A stretch of DNA of 63,307 nucleotides, the filler included, from Octopus bimaculoides (lineage: Eukaryota): NCBI RefSeq assembly GCF_001194135.2. It is 3 parts of 3 records of this genome, joined end to end, with 100 filler letters (N's around TTAATTAATTAA, not from the genome) between each part and the next. Parts side by side here need not be neighbours in the genome. Positions count along the whole stretch, not along the records: positions 1 to 31,729 come from NC_068987.1; 2 more parts are not named here. One strand, 5' to 3'. Under the pieces are notes generated by a model. It was given only the letters and a program-made list of their open reading frames with translations. It was not told the origin of the DNA and made no database searches. The first letter of the stretch is position 1. Each line of letters starts with the position of its first letter. Below are positions 1 to 13,144 of this stretch, piece after piece. The position numbers and the translations under genes are program-made.

Positions 1-45
<45 letters not shown>

Positions 46-48
<3 letters not shown>

Positions 49-250
49 TGTCTGTGTTTGTCCTCCTCACCATCGCTTGACAACCGATGTTGGTATGTTT
101 TACGTCCCCGTAACTTAGCGACTCTGCAAAAGAGACCGATAGAATAAGTGCTAAGCTCACAAAGAATAAGTCCTGGGGTCGATTTGTTCGACTATAGGAG
201 TGCTCCAGCATAGCCGCAATCAAATGACTGAAACAAGCAAAAGAATAAAA
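46..250 (+). mobile_element. SINE family A, 3-prime half
   Basis: gtctgtgtttgtcc...accatcgcttgacaaccgatg...gtccccgtaacttagcg...ggggtcgatttgttcgact...gtgctccagcatagccgcaatcaaatgactgaaac; colinear with the full copy at 19682-20084. Confidence 0.85.
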
Positions 251-426
251 GAATATATATACATGCATTCATACATAGAAATGTACATACATACATACAT
301 ACACACACACATTCGTGGTTGTGTATAAAGATATAAGCACGTGTACGGATCAATGTGCTTATATGTACATAAGTATCTATGCATGAGTATTTGTAATTAT
401 ATATTCATAGATGCATGTGTGTATGT

Positions 427-462
<36 letters not shown>

Positions 463-592
463 GTGTGTTTGTTGGTATTATTGATTTTGCTAAGAACACA
501 ACTTCTACAAACAGGACTAGTTTGATTAGGCCGTTCAGGGCGAAACTTGAGGTCCCAATCAGATCAACATGACCAATAAAGTTCACTCGCTC

Positions 593-636
<44 letters not shown>

Positions 637-1399
637 AATATATATANNNNNNNNNNNNNNNNNNNNNNNNNNNNNNNNNNNNNNNNNNNNNNNNNNNNNN
701 NNNNNNNNNNNNNNNNNNNNNNNNNNNNNNNNNNNNNNNNNNNNNNNNNNNNNNNNNNNNNNNNNNNNNNNNNNNNNNNNNNNNNNNNNNNNNNNNNNNN
801 NNNNNNNNNNNNNNNNNNNNNNNNNNNNNNNNNNNNNNNNNNNNNNNNNNNNNNNNNNNNNNNNNNNNNNNNNNNNNNNNNNNNNNNNNNNNNNNNNNNN
901 NNNNNNNNNNNNNNNNNNNNNNNNNNNNNNNNNNNNNNNNNNNNNNNNNNNNNNNNNNNNNNNNNNNNNNNNNNNNNNNNNNNNNNNNNNNNNNNNNNNN
1001 NNNNNNNNNNNNNNNNNNNNNNNNNNNNNNNNNNNNNNNNNNNNNNNNNNNNNNNNNNNNNNNNNNNNNNNNNNNNNNNNNNNNNNNNNNNNNNNNNNNN
1101 NNNNNNNNNNNNNNNNNNNNNNNNNNNNNNNNNNNNNNNNNNNNNNNNNNNNNNNNNNNNNNNNNNNNNNNNNNNNNNNNNNNNNNNNNNNNNNNNNNNN
1201 NNNNNNNNNNNNNNNNNNNNNNNNNNNNNNNNNNNNNNNNNNNNNNNNNNNNNNNNNNNNNNNNNNNNNNNNNNNNNNNNNNNNNNNNNNNNNNNNNNNN
1301 NNNNNNNNNNNNNNNNNNNNNNNNNNNNNNNNNNNNNNNNNNNNNNNNNNNNNNNNNNNNNNNNNNNNNNNNNNNNNNNNNNNNNNNNNNNNNNNNNNN

Positions 1400-1433
<34 letters not shown>

Positions 1434-1711
1434 CAAATAATATGTGAGTATATGCATATATACGTACATGTATGTACAAACCTACATCTACATGTATATA
1501 TAGATGCATATCTGGGTGCAGGACGTTGCAAAAAAACGTGAACAAAATGATAGACAGAGTACAGAAAATACACAGGCCACATAGAGAACATTTCCTTCAT
1601 CAGCTGCCACCACACACACACATATATATATATGTGTGTGTGAGTGTGTGTATAGTCAGCAAGTTGATGAATACCAAATAACAGATGTAAGTTTGTGCCC
1701 TTGCGTGTGTG

Positions 1712-1745
<34 letters not shown>

Positions 1746-2079
1746 TGTATGTGTGGGTGTATGTGTGTATGGATGGATGGATGGATGGATGGATGGATGG
1801 ATGGGTATATGTAGCATATCTGAATAAATATATGTATTCATATTTGTGTATGTATGTATGTATGTATGTATGTATGTATGTATGTATGTATGTATCTATA
1901 AGTGTATGTGTTCAAATATATATGTGCAAGTGTGTGTGTATATGTCTTTGTCTATTTATACGTATATATATNNNNNNNNNNTACCCGTCTACACTCTGTA
2001 CTATGGTATGTATCAAGTTGTTTAGCAAGATAAAAATATATCTAACTTGGTCGAAGTTCGACCAAGTTAGATATATTTT

Positions 2080-2232
2080 TATCGTTCTGAGTTCAAATTC
2101 CGCCGAGGTTGACTTTGCCTTTTATTCTTTCGGGGTCGATAAATTAAGTACCAGTTGAACGCTGGGATCGATGTAATCGATATATCATCTCCACCAAAAT
2201 GGCTGCCCTTGTGGAAACATTTGGAACCATTA
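2080..2232 (+). mobile_element. SINE family B, 5-prime truncated copy
   Basis: B-box gagttcaaattcc followed by gaggttgactttgcc...ggggtcgataaattaagtacc body; ends in attattatt. Confidence 0.8.
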
Positions 2233-2242
2233 TTATTGTTAA

Positions 2243-2896
2243 CTTGTGGGGTTATGTTGAACAGCCGGTGTCATATGTGGGACGGATCCATCTGTCGGCC
2301 GAGTCTGTAGTGATGATCGCCTCGCCGCCCTCCTTCAATCGGACAGACAAGGCAGTTTTCCTTTGCCTTGTGGCTGTGGCGAAAGAGGTTGTTTGGTGGA
2401 CCAGGCTAAAAGGTATGAGGACAGATACATTCCTCTTTGGTAGAACTCTCATTGACTTCTTCAAGTTTCACTTGAAAAGGAAAGTGAGGGCGAATAAGGA
2501 AGGGCTCTCCATGAGTGAGTTTATTGAAAGGTGAGTGAAAGTTGCGAAAATAGCAAGAGTGGATGATACCTCTCTAAATGTAAATCTGTGACTCGAAGAG
2601 AAGGAATTGGAAAGGGCACTTGCTCCTAGGGTTTCAGGGAAATCTTGGACAGTGGGATTCATCGATTATCCCTAGAGGCCTTCCTGTATCAGGAGGGCCA
2701 CATCTCTATCATCTTACCCCCCACTTTATTTTTAAACCTTTGTATGCTATGCATATGTCCCTTCTTTTTCAGTATATACCGCGTCTACTTACTTTCCGTT
2801 TTTTGTATCATTTCATTATATATAAACCCCAACACTTTATGTCTGTCTTTGTATTTGTCCCCCCTCATCTTTCGCCCTTGTGTCAAATAAATGAAA

Positions 2897-2897
<1 letters not shown>
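2243..2897 (+). mobile_element. Tx1/L1-clade-like non-LTR retrotransposon 3-prime end (ORF2 C-terminus plus 3-prime UTR)
   Basis: Frame reads NLWGYVEQ...VFLCLVAVAKEVVWWTRLKG...FFKFHLKRKVR...EFIER*VKVAKIARVD, resembling the Tx1-type ORF2 C-terminus with one TGA where Trp is expected; stop near 2590, GC-rich UTR hairpin 2677-2699, aataaa, then (ATT)n tail. Confidence 0.7.
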
Positions 2898-2898
<1 letters not shown>

Positions 2899-2951
<53 letters not shown>

Positions 2952-2985
2952 TACTACTACTACTACTACTACTATTATTATTATT
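2899..2985. repeat. (ATT)n/(ACT)n microsatellite, probable LINE tail
   Basis: Direct reading; abuts the LINE 3-prime end. Confidence 0.9.
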
Positions 2986-2988
2986 GAA

Positions 2989-3210
2989 GGCGGCGAGCTG
3001 GCAGAATCGTTAGCACGCCGGGCGAAACGCTTTGCGGTATTTCGTCTGTCACTACGTTCTGAGTTCAAATACCGCTGAGGTCGACTTTGTCTTTCATCCT
3101 CTCGGAGTTAATAAATTAAATACCAGTCGAGTACTGGGGTCGATGTAATTGATTCCCAACCACCATCACCATCACCACAAACTCCAGGCCTTGTGCCTAT
3201 AGTAGAAAAG
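2989..3210 (+). mobile_element. SINE family B, full monomer with ccttgtgcctatagtagaaaag tail
   Basis: tRNA-like head ggcggcgagctggcagaatcg (A box) ... gagttcaaatacc (B box); central body; (ATT)n tail. Confidence 0.9.
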
Positions 3211-3248
<38 letters not shown>

Positions 3249-3695
3249 TAGTATTATTGGCAGAATATATATACATGCGTATCTGTTTGAATGGCCGTGG
3301 TTAGGATGAAGCCTCGCATTTGAATGAAAAATAAGCTTAATAATATAAAGTTTTCAGCCAAAGCAGATAGACAGAAGAAAATAGAATGCAAAGGGAAAAA
3401 TAAACGAGTCATTGAAACTAGTTTCATATACCTTTGGGAGCCCTTTAATAGTGTTCGGCTGCATTACGTTGATTCCTTTGGAGAACGTTTATAAGATGCT
3501 AAGAAGGAGAGAATAGGGGACTTTTCATTAGAAATTGCATCATTTAGTAAGAAAGGGGAGAGTAAGTTTATATGAAAGTAGAAGAAATGGAAGAGAGAGA
3601 GAGAGAGAAAAATAAAAGAATGAAGTCAGCCTGTAAATGGTTAAAGCTTTGAGAAATAATATAACCCGTTCGTAACAGCAGGGCTTACTGTGTAA

Positions 3696-3730
<35 letters not shown>

Positions 3731-4462
3731 NNNNNNNNNNNNNNNNNNNNNNNNNNNNNNNNNNNNNNNNNNNNNNNNNNNNNNNNNNNNNNNNNNNNNN
3801 NNNNNNNNNNNNNNNNNNNNNNNNNNNNNNNNNNNNNNNNNNNNNNNNNNNNNNNNNNNNNNNNNNNNNNNNNNNNNNNNNNNNNNNNNNNNNNNNNNNN
3901 NNNNNNNNNNNNNNNNNNNNNNNNNNNNNNNNNNNNNNNNNNNNNNNNNNNNNNNNNNNNNNNNNNNNNNNNNNNNNNNNNNNNNNNNNNNNNNNNNNNN
4001 NNNNNNNNNNNNNNNNNNNNNNNNNNNNNNNNNNNNNNNNNNNNNNNNNNNNNNNNNNNNNNNNNNNNNNNNNNNNNNNNNNNNNNNNNNNNNNNNNNNN
4101 NNNNNNNNNNNNNNNNNNNNNNNNNNNNNNNNNNNNNNNNNNNNNNNNNNNNNNNNNNNNNNNNNNNNNNNNNNNNNNNNNNNNNNNNNNNNNNNNNNNN
4201 NNNNNNNNNNNNNNNNNNNNNNNNNNNNNNNNNNNNNNNNNNNNNNNNNNNNNNNNNNNNNNNNNNNNNNNNNNNNNNNNNNNNNNNNNNNNNNNNNNNN
4301 NNNNNNNNNNNNNNNNNNNNNNNNNNNNNNNNNNNNNNNNNNNNNNNNNNNNNNNNNNNNNNNNNNNNNNNNNNNNNNNNNNNNNNNNNNNNNNNNNNNN
4401 NNNNNNNNNNNNNNNNNNNNNNNNNNNNNNNNNNNNNNNNNNNNNNNNNNNNNNNNNNNNNN

Positions 4463-4519
<57 letters not shown>

Positions 4520-4782
4520 TATGAGAACCTATAGTCAAGTACATTCCAATGGGAACCATCCGCTCTTATTTTCTTTTATTTCAAACACAGTATTTAAGGA
4601 CTTCATGGGCCAGCGGTTTCCAAACTGACAAATACCAGTACGCATCGCATTCCTACAAAAAATGAAATTTTTACCTCTTCCCATTTTTTAGTATTAAGAA
4701 AACAAAACAAAAGTCAGCATCCATATAATTCTTCATCTTTTGTTATATTGTCAGGAAAGTTTTAAAAGTTTTTATCATCTAT

Positions 4783-5313
4783 GCGCCGTCGTGGCTGAGT
4801 GGCAAAATGTTTGCTTCTTAACCACATAGTTTCGGGTTCATTCCCACTGCGTGGCACCTTGGGCAAGTGTCTTCTATTACAGCCTCGGGCCGACCAAAGC
4901 CTTGTGAGTGGATTTGGTAGACGGAAACTGAAAGAAGCCCGTCGTATATATGTATATATATGTGTATGTGTGTGTGTATATGTTTGTGTGTCTGCATTTG
5001 TTTCCCCAACATCGCTTAACAACCGATGGTGGTGTATTTACGTCCCCGTAACTTAGTGGTTCGGCAAAAGAGTCCGATAGAATAAGTACTAGGCTTACAA
5101 AGAATATGTACTAGGCTTACAAAGAATAAGTCCAGGGTTCGATTTGCTCAACTAAAAGCGGTGCTCCAGCATGGCCGCAGGCAAATGACTGAAACAAATA
5201 AAAGAATAAGTACCAGGCTATAAAAAAATATACCTGGGGTAGATTTGTTTGAATAAAACCCTTCAAGGCGGTGTTCCAGCATGGCCGCAGTCAAATGACT
5301 GAAACAAGTAAAA
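4783..5313 (+). mobile_element. SINE family A, full length with duplicated tail
   Basis: tRNA-like head, CCTTGGGCAAG central motif, internal TA/TG microsatellite, tandem duplication of tactaggcttacaaagaata and two successive ggcggtg(c/t)tccagcatggccgcag tails. Confidence 0.9.
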
Positions 5314-5425
5314 CATAGAGGATACCTTCTGAGCGAATTTCGCTAACGGAAACCGTATAGAAGCCCATTCTATGTATGTATGTATGTATGTATGTATGTA
5401 TGTGTATTTATAAATGTGTACATAT

Positions 5426-5497
<72 letters not shown>

Positions 5498-5545
5498 GTC
5501 TGTGATTATGAATATATACACACACATTTAAGTGTACAAGTGTAT

Positions 5546-5577
<32 letters not shown>

Positions 5578-5614
5578 GCGTGCGTGTGCATATGTGCGCG
5601 CGCGCGCGTGTATG

Positions 5615-5805
5615 TCCATAAGTGTGCTTGTTCCCTGCCATCACTTGACAACCGGTGTTGATTTGTTTACATCTCCGTAACTTAGCAGTTCGGCAAAATA
5701 AAAAAATAGAATAAAACGAAAACACTGGAGTCTAGTTCTTTGACTTAAAACCCTTCAAAGCCGGTACTGCACCATGGCCGCTGTCCTAAAACCGAAACAG
5801 GTAAA
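5615..5805 (+). mobile_element. SINE family A, 3-prime half, diverged
   Basis: catcacttgacaaccggtg...ccgtaacttagcagttcggcaaaa...ccatggccgc. Confidence 0.7.
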
Positions 5806-6329
5806 AGATTAGAGATTAAAGATTAAAGATTACAAGATTACAAGATAACAAATCGGCAACCATGTCAATTTGTCTTCTACCTTTTCAAACCTCATTGCTT
5901 TTCACCTTTTCTGAAAAACACTGTCATAGTCAAAATCCACCATTTCTTCCCTAAAACGGTAGTGCTCAAACGGTGCACCACATCGGGTATCTAGGTGCGA
6001 CTCGGATTATCTAAAGTTTAATAAGTTGAGACTTTAAAAAATCGATTGTAATGCGTAAGCGAGTTGAAAACAAAAAATTCTTATTCATAATTTTATTGTA
6101 CACAAGTATGGTTATATAGATGGCGATCGTTGACTTTAGTTCATCACTTTTATTTTCACCAGTTGATGATAGGACATGGAAGTGATGTCTGAAAAATCAA
6201 TGATCGCTGCGTATGATATTTTTCTTCTTTATTTTTCATTTTTATTTTGTTGGTTAAATTTTTAACCTTAAGCCGTGATTTTTCAAAACATCCACGAAAA
6301 GTGTACCAGTAGGTATTTTATTATCATCA

Positions 6330-6391
<62 letters not shown>

Positions 6392-6886
6392 TTCGTTTAT
6401 TTATTCAGTTGCTTTTTCTTTGGTCTGTAATGGATCATGAAGAGCAAAAGAATGAGAACCTTTGAAGCAGAATGTAAACTAAGGGAGATTTTCACTGTTC
6501 TTCATGAAACCGACAAGGGCCGAAGACCATTTGTTGCGCACGCACGCACGCACGCACGCACACATACATACATACACATACAAACGCATATACATATATA
6601 TATATTATATATATGTGTGTGTGTGTATATACTACAATGTTCCCTCCGGACAGTACAATCTACTTATACGTACATATAGACATACATACAGAAAGGAGAA
6701 AGCTAATTCGAAGACCACAGATCCAATCCATCACTGGAACTGTAAAAATCTGTAAAACTTTCCAGAAGTTTATCATTTAAATATATATGAGCATATCAAG
6801 ACATGCAACTATATGCATGAGAATACATACATAAAACATTGAAATTTGCATATACATACATACATACATACATACACACACACACG

Positions 6887-6919
<33 letters not shown>

Positions 6920-7289
6920 GCATACATATATACATACATACATAAAATATACCCTGTTGTTGATGTTGAAATTCCAGTGAAGTAGCCTTGAATCTAGGTT
7001 AGAAACCGGTTCTTTCTCTATTGGCAAGAAATCTTGAAATAAACTGAATAATGACATACCTACCTACCTACCTACCTACCTNNNNNNNNNNTGAAATAAA
7101 CTGAATAATGACATACCTACCTACCTACCTACCTACCTACCTACCTACATACATACATACATACATACATACATACATACATACATACATACATACATAC
7201 CTATATATATATATATGCATGTGTACGCAATCAAGTTTTGTGCTTCATTTCTGACACTGTATATTTCGTGTTATATCAATATTGCTTTG

Positions 7290-7380
7290 TGCCCTATCTT
7301 AAGAAAGCAGGGTGCGATTCGAGGGAGTTTTGGCTGCTGTGACTAGCATCCCGATGAGACAACATCGAGGCTCTTTCGTT
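7290..7380 (-). mobile_element. Old repeat family E fragment
   Basis: Reverse complement has gctagtcacagcagccaaaactccctcgaatcgcaccc, matching the motif at 14030-14410 and 32130-32200. Confidence 0.5.
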
Positions 7381-7563
7381 GGTTTCTCTCTCTATTATGT
7401 CGGTTATTTATATACGTATGTATGTGTACGTGTGTGTGCATATGAGTGTGCCAGAGTATGTGGAAACATTCACACAAATACATTGACATGCAAATAAAAT
7501 AGGAATTTAAATAAACATAAGGAGCTGTGTATTATATAAGAATTATATTATGTTGTCCGCAAA

Positions 7564-7989
7564 GGCGGTGAGCTGGCAGAGATGTTAGCACGTCAGGGCG
7601 AAATGCTTAACGGTGTTTCGTCTGTCTTTACGTTCTGAGTTCAAATTCCGCCGAAGCCGACTTTACCTTTCATCCTTTCGGGGTCGATAAATTAAGTACC
7701 AGTTACGCACTGGGGTCGATGTAATCGACTTAATCCCTTTGTCTGTCTTTGTTTCTCCCCTCTATGTTTATCCCCTTGTGGGCAATAAAGAAATAAGAAA
7801 CGTTAGCACGCCAGGCGAAATGCTTAACGGTATTTCGTCTGTCTTTACGTTCTGAGTTCAAACTTCGCCGAGGTCACCTTTACCTTTCATCCCTTCGATA
7901 AATTAAGTACCAGTTGCGTACTGGGGTCGATCCAATCGACTGGCCCCCTCCCCCAAAATTTCGGGCCTTGTGCCTAGAGCAGAAAAGAT
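7564..7989 (+). mobile_element. Dimeric SINE B (left arm plus right arm) with target-site duplication
   Basis: Two B units joined at aaagaaataag/aaacgttagcac; flanked by gttgtccgcaaa at 7552-7563 and 7993-8004. Confidence 0.9.
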
Positions 7990-8164
7990 TACGTTGTCCG
8001 CAAATGATAGCACATCGTTGAACAAATGATTAGTAATAAGATCTACTCTAAGTTTACACAAGTTGGTATTGTTTGAATTTTTATTCTTCTTGACCGTTTG
8101 TCAACAGTGTCCCAGAATTCGTTGGGCGCTGGTGAATAGCAGGCAAATATACAGATATCATCCG

Positions 8165-9240
8165 TCATCAGTACAGGGTCAATGGGTTGTGCTGAAGTAT
8201 GCAGTCTTGGCTTCTATACTCGAGAAATATGTAGAAAAATAAATTACCACAATAAATACTAACATCCGGAGAGATAATAGATTGACTGTACTGCAATGTG
8301 ACATTGTTAATACCTTAAAAATTTATGGACTTAAAATAACTATCGCCAGTAACATTAACATCATAATTTTATAAGGTGTTGTCTACATCTAAGTGTATGT
8401 CTTATGCAAACCCAATGGAAAATTCACCTTAATATAGACTTTTGTCATTCACTCATAGTTTTCAAAAACTTGATCAACAATATTAGTGGCAGAATCTTCA
8501 ACACCGGTCTAAAAATAAAGAAATATTTGATAAGGTGGTTTTTCAAATACGATAAATCATTAGAAGCCGGTGGATTCAAAGATAACATTACATATAGTCC
8601 TAACTCCCAGCATCCAAACCAAGGAAAAGACGCCGCTACATCATCTGTTTCATAACTTCTCTTCCTGGAAATGTTTTGTCTAATATAGGGAAAATTAAAT
8701 AAATAGATAAGCGTTCGTTGTCAGCCACTGTCATAGAAAACTATTCAATAGGAACAATCTTAAACTGAATTACAGCTGTAGTTCTACTGTGAAAAACATT
8801 ATAACATGTAAACCAAATAAGTTAACTAAGGTTATCTACACGAATAGTACCACAAACATATGTCCCCTTAATATAGCATGCAACGCCGAAGCAGTTATTT
8901 ATGAAGCAGAAGTCATTTCCTCCAACCAAATCTTAACATCGTACATATACACCGTTTGTATGATACACGGGAAATATAAACGAAGATGTTTTAATAATAC
9001 ATCTTCCTTCAGAAATATAGAAAGCAGGTGTACAGCTAAACAATCTAATCAAACCCACCCGAACGTCGAAAGAATATGTTACACATTTTAGTATATGGAG
9101 GTATAACTAAGTGCAGTTACATCAATATGCAATATATCATACTTGTGAGAACTTTTAACCTAGACAGCATTACTGAAAATCCCACATACTACGAACAGTT
9201 ATTTAGCGGATATTTCAATAACAAGTTGACGTTTGTTGTT
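8165..9240 (+). mobile_element. Decayed Penelope-like retroelement: RT C-terminal half plus GIY-YIG endonuclease
   Basis: Frameshifted translations give SMGCAEVCSLGFY, NIRRDNRLTVL, GLKITIASN, CKPNG, SLEAGGFKDNITY, NVLSNIGKI and CPLNIACNAEAVIYEAEV...YKRRCFNNTSSFRN, matching in order the Penelope motifs AEVCELVGLY, YRDDGL, GLKITI, RKPN, TNIGK and CPL..C...VIY.A.V...FK.R..NH.SSFRN. Confidence 0.85.
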
Positions 9241-9876
9241 CAGATAATTGCTTAGCATTTGCTGGGTATGGAATTTAAAGTTACGGTGTATCGCTGTTAA
9301 CAGATTATGTGTGTGTGTGTGTGTGTATGTGTGTGCGCGCGCGCGCGTAAGTGTGTGTATTATATATATATATATTCATATATATATTTATATATATACA
9401 TACATATATGCATATATATATATACATGTATATTTATATATATATGCATATATATATTTATATATATATATTCATATATACATATATACTTATATATATA
9501 TATATATATATATATATNNNNNNNNNNNNNNNNNNNNNNNNNNNNNNNNNNNNNNNNNNNNNNNNNNNNNNNNNNNNNNNNNNNNNNNNNNNNNNNNNNN
9601 NNNNNNNNNNNNNNNNNNNNNNNNNNNNNNNNNNNNNNNNNNNNNNNNNNNNNNNNNNNNNNNNNNNNNNNNNNNNNNNNNNNNNNNNNNNNNNNNNNNN
9701 NNNNNNNNNNNNNNNNNNNNNNNNNNNNNNNNNNNNNNNNNNNNNNNNNNNNNNNNNNNNNNNNNNNNNNNNNNNNNNNNNNNNNNNNNNNNNNNNNNNN
9801 NNNNNNNNNNNNNNNNNNNNNNNNNNNNNNNNNNNNNNNNNNNNNNNNNNNNNNNNNNNNNNNNNNNNNNNNNNNN

Positions 9877-9924
<48 letters not shown>

Positions 9925-10489
9925 TACACATATAAATACACATACATACATAAACGTAAACACATGTATGTATGTATGTATGTTTGTATGTATGTACACA
10001 CAAGTTTTCACGATGACTGTTACGTTCTAGTTTTTATTTTTTCATTTTTATCCAACCGTTTTTCATATTTTCGTATGAGTTACTTGCAGTTTGTTTAGAA
10101 CAGTTCCTAAATCCATTATCAACATTTCTAGATCTTCACAGTCTCATCTCCATGTTGAAGTACGTGCTGGTGTGTACGGCATCTTCTTCATAGTAGAAAG
10201 AAAAAAAAAGCCAATGTAATTGGTGTCAAGATTATCACGAAGTCACACAGCTATATAAACATATGATATACACCAGGGCTCGTGAATGATACACTGGTTG
10301 TACAGATCACAGCGGAAGGCATTGGAAAATGAAAGGAGCACCTAAATAGTACAAATAAAGCTCTAAGCTATACAACGACTCCATTTCTATACATAAGCAT
10401 TCAGAGAGGAAGATAACACATACGTCACGTCCGGTTACACTAAAGACGTGAATGAAGGTATAAACATTTACAGCGAGGCTTTTACCTTT

Positions 10490-10670
10490 TATATTGTTTC
10501 TGTTATTGGATTGCGACCATACTGGAGCACAGGGTTTAGTCGAGCAAATATAGTTTAGTACTTCCTTTTCAGAGTTCGGTACTTATTGCTTTGATCCCTT
10601 TTGCCGAATCATTAAGTTACGGGGGGGGGGCTAATTAAACCAACACGGTTTGTCAAATGGTGACGAGAAA
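10490..10670 (-). mobile_element. SINE family A, 3-prime half
   Basis: ccatactggagcac...tttagtcgagcaaat...tttgccgaatcattaagttacggg is the reverse complement of the A tail. Confidence 0.7.
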
Positions 10671-10740
10671 CACACACACACACACATACATACATACACA
10701 CATACACATGCATGCATACATACACACACATAAACATACA

Positions 10741-10774
<34 letters not shown>

Positions 10775-11085
10775 CATACATATCTAAAATTAGGGAATGG
10801 AGCTGATAAAATCCAGGCTACATATGTTTCATAGCTAGCCGAACCTCAAAAATAGTAATTGTCCAAACGAGGGGTAATCCGCTAGCTACTCGTCGGGCCA
10901 AATATACCTCAGTTAAATTAACTTTACAATGTCGTCAAGGACTCCCATGTTGACTCGCAAGAGAGTTAGTTCCAGAGCATAAATAAAAGTGTTGAGGTCG
11001 ATTTGTCTGACTGAAACCCTTCAAAATGGTGCCCCCTCATGAACTCAGAGAATGATCGAAACAAGGAAAAACAAAACGTCTTTAA

Positions 11086-11289
11086 CCCGTCTCTTTTCAA
11101 ATTTCTGTTGAAATTCATTGACTTTGTTTTAATTTTTAGATAATAAAGAGTTTAGTAAAGCAACTTTGTCATTATTAATCTGATGTTTAAAACATATTTT
11201 CATAAAGCTTTGATAAAAGTTTTTAATTTAGATCACTTAACAACAAGAAATTCGTATTAAAGAACCAGGAGCAGTTGGTATGAAAAAGG
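11086..11289 (-). mobile_element. piggyBac-type MITE candidate
   Basis: TTAA on both sides (11082-11085, 11290-11293), CC/GG termini, AT-rich non-coding interior; homologous copy at 28870-29065. Confidence 0.55.
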
Positions 11290-11984
11290 TTAAAATACAA
11301 TATTTGATGCCATAAAAGACGCAGAATCATAAAAGATGGTCTCTAATTTCAGCAAAACATACTCTGGAAAGAAATTTTTAGTGCATTGAAACTTATAGGA
11401 GACATAACTCCGCATACAGGACTCAAAGAGATTCTTTTATATTATTTTTTTTCTTGATAAAAAAAATTGCGTTTTATATACTATCAAATAAGTCACACAT
11501 AAATTGTATGATATAAATCTAATGCATACTAATTAAGGAATAAATCAATGCATACAATACCCTCATATAACAGAACACAAAATGCATTGCAATAAACCGT
11601 AAATTAAAACTATACATTACAAAAAGACTAAAATTATAAGCCATTTTTTTAAAATCAAAAACTAACAATAAGCATGTAAAACCAAGAACAAGATACAGAT
11701 GTCTGTGATTGCAAACGAAAAAGTTGTAAACTTCACGACTCCCAAAATGCTATATTGGCCATACACATACAACACTCTCCTGGCAGTTTATTATGCACTG
11801 TCAATAAGGAGCGTTTGCAATGTGCCAAATTACACAAAGCAGAACAAGATAGGAAACCACTAACCACAAATAAAAATCTACAGTCGACAAATGACGTATA
11901 AATTTAAGAGACAAACATCAAATGGATATGGTATACGGTTGGGATGGATTTCGTTATAGGTCTGTTCAATCCTATGAATGTGTA

Positions 11985-12239
11985 GTAAAGAAAGATCGCT
12001 TTGCAACCGCGTGGTTCCGTGTTCGTTTCAAACTGTGCAACACCTTGGGTGTCGTCTACTCTAACCCCGGGCTGACCAGTGTGCGAATGAATTTGGTACA
12101 CGGAAACTGTGTAGAAGCCTGTCGTAGATACATACGACATATATGCATACATACGACATACACACATACATACGACATATATACATATATATACATTCTC
12201 GCAGATACACACTGACACGCGCGCGCATATATATATATG

Positions 12240-12270
<31 letters not shown>

Positions 12271-13098
12271 ATATNNNNNNNNNNNNNNNNNNNNNNNNNN
12301 NNNNNNNNNNNNNNNNNNNNNNNNNNNNNNNNNNNNNNNNNNNNNNNNNNNNNNNNNNNNNNNNNNNNNNNNNNNNNNNNNNNNNNNNNNNNNNNNNNNN
12401 NNNNNNNNNNNNNNNNNNNNNNNNNNNNNNNNNNNNNNNNNNNNNNNNNNNNNNNNNNNNNNNNNNNNNNNNNNNNNNNNNNNNNNNNNNNNNNNNNNNN
12501 NNNNNNNNNNNNNNNNNNNNNNNNNNNNNNNNNNNNNNNNNNNNNNNNNNNNNNNNNNNNNNNNNNNNNNNNNNNNNNNNNNNNNNNNNNNNNNNNNNNN
12601 NNNNNNNNNNNNNNNNNNNNNNNNNNNNNNNNNNNNNNNNNNNNNNNNNNNNNNNNNNNNNNNNNNNNNNNNNNNNNNNNNNNNNNNNNNNNNNNNNNNN
12701 NNNNNNNNNNNNNNNNNNNNNNNNNNNNNNNNNNNNNNNNNNNNNNNNNNNNNNNNNNNNNNNNNNNNNNNNNNNNNNNNNNNNNNNNNNNNNNNNNNNN
12801 NNNNNNNNNNNNNNNNNNNNNNNNNNNNNNNNNNNNNNNNNNNNNNNNNNNNNNNNNNNNNNNNNNNNNNNNNNNNNNNNNNNNNNNNNNNNNNNNNNNN
12901 NNNNNNNNNNNNNNNNNNNNNNNNNNNNNNNNNNNNNNNNNNNNNNNNNNNNNNNNNNNNNNNNNNNNNNNNNNNNNNNNNNNNNNNNNNNNNNNNNNNN
13001 NNNNNNNNNNNNNNNNNNNNNNNNNNNNNNNNNNNNNNNNNNNNNNNNNNNNNNNNNNNNNNNNNNNNNNNNNNNNNNNNNNNNNNNNNNNNNNNNNN

Positions 13099-13144
<46 letters not shown>

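Noticed and set aside
1500-1612. Minus-strand ggcagCTGATGAAGG (also ggcagCTGATGATGG near 62535-62556)
   Set aside because: No GAAA or stem III follows, so not a complete hammerhead; may be remnants of Penelope-type termini
7036-7140. Direct repeat tgaaataaactgaataatgacatacctacc on both sides of a 10-N gap (similar case near 15420-15560)
   Set aside because: Typical unmerged contig overlap at a microsatellite
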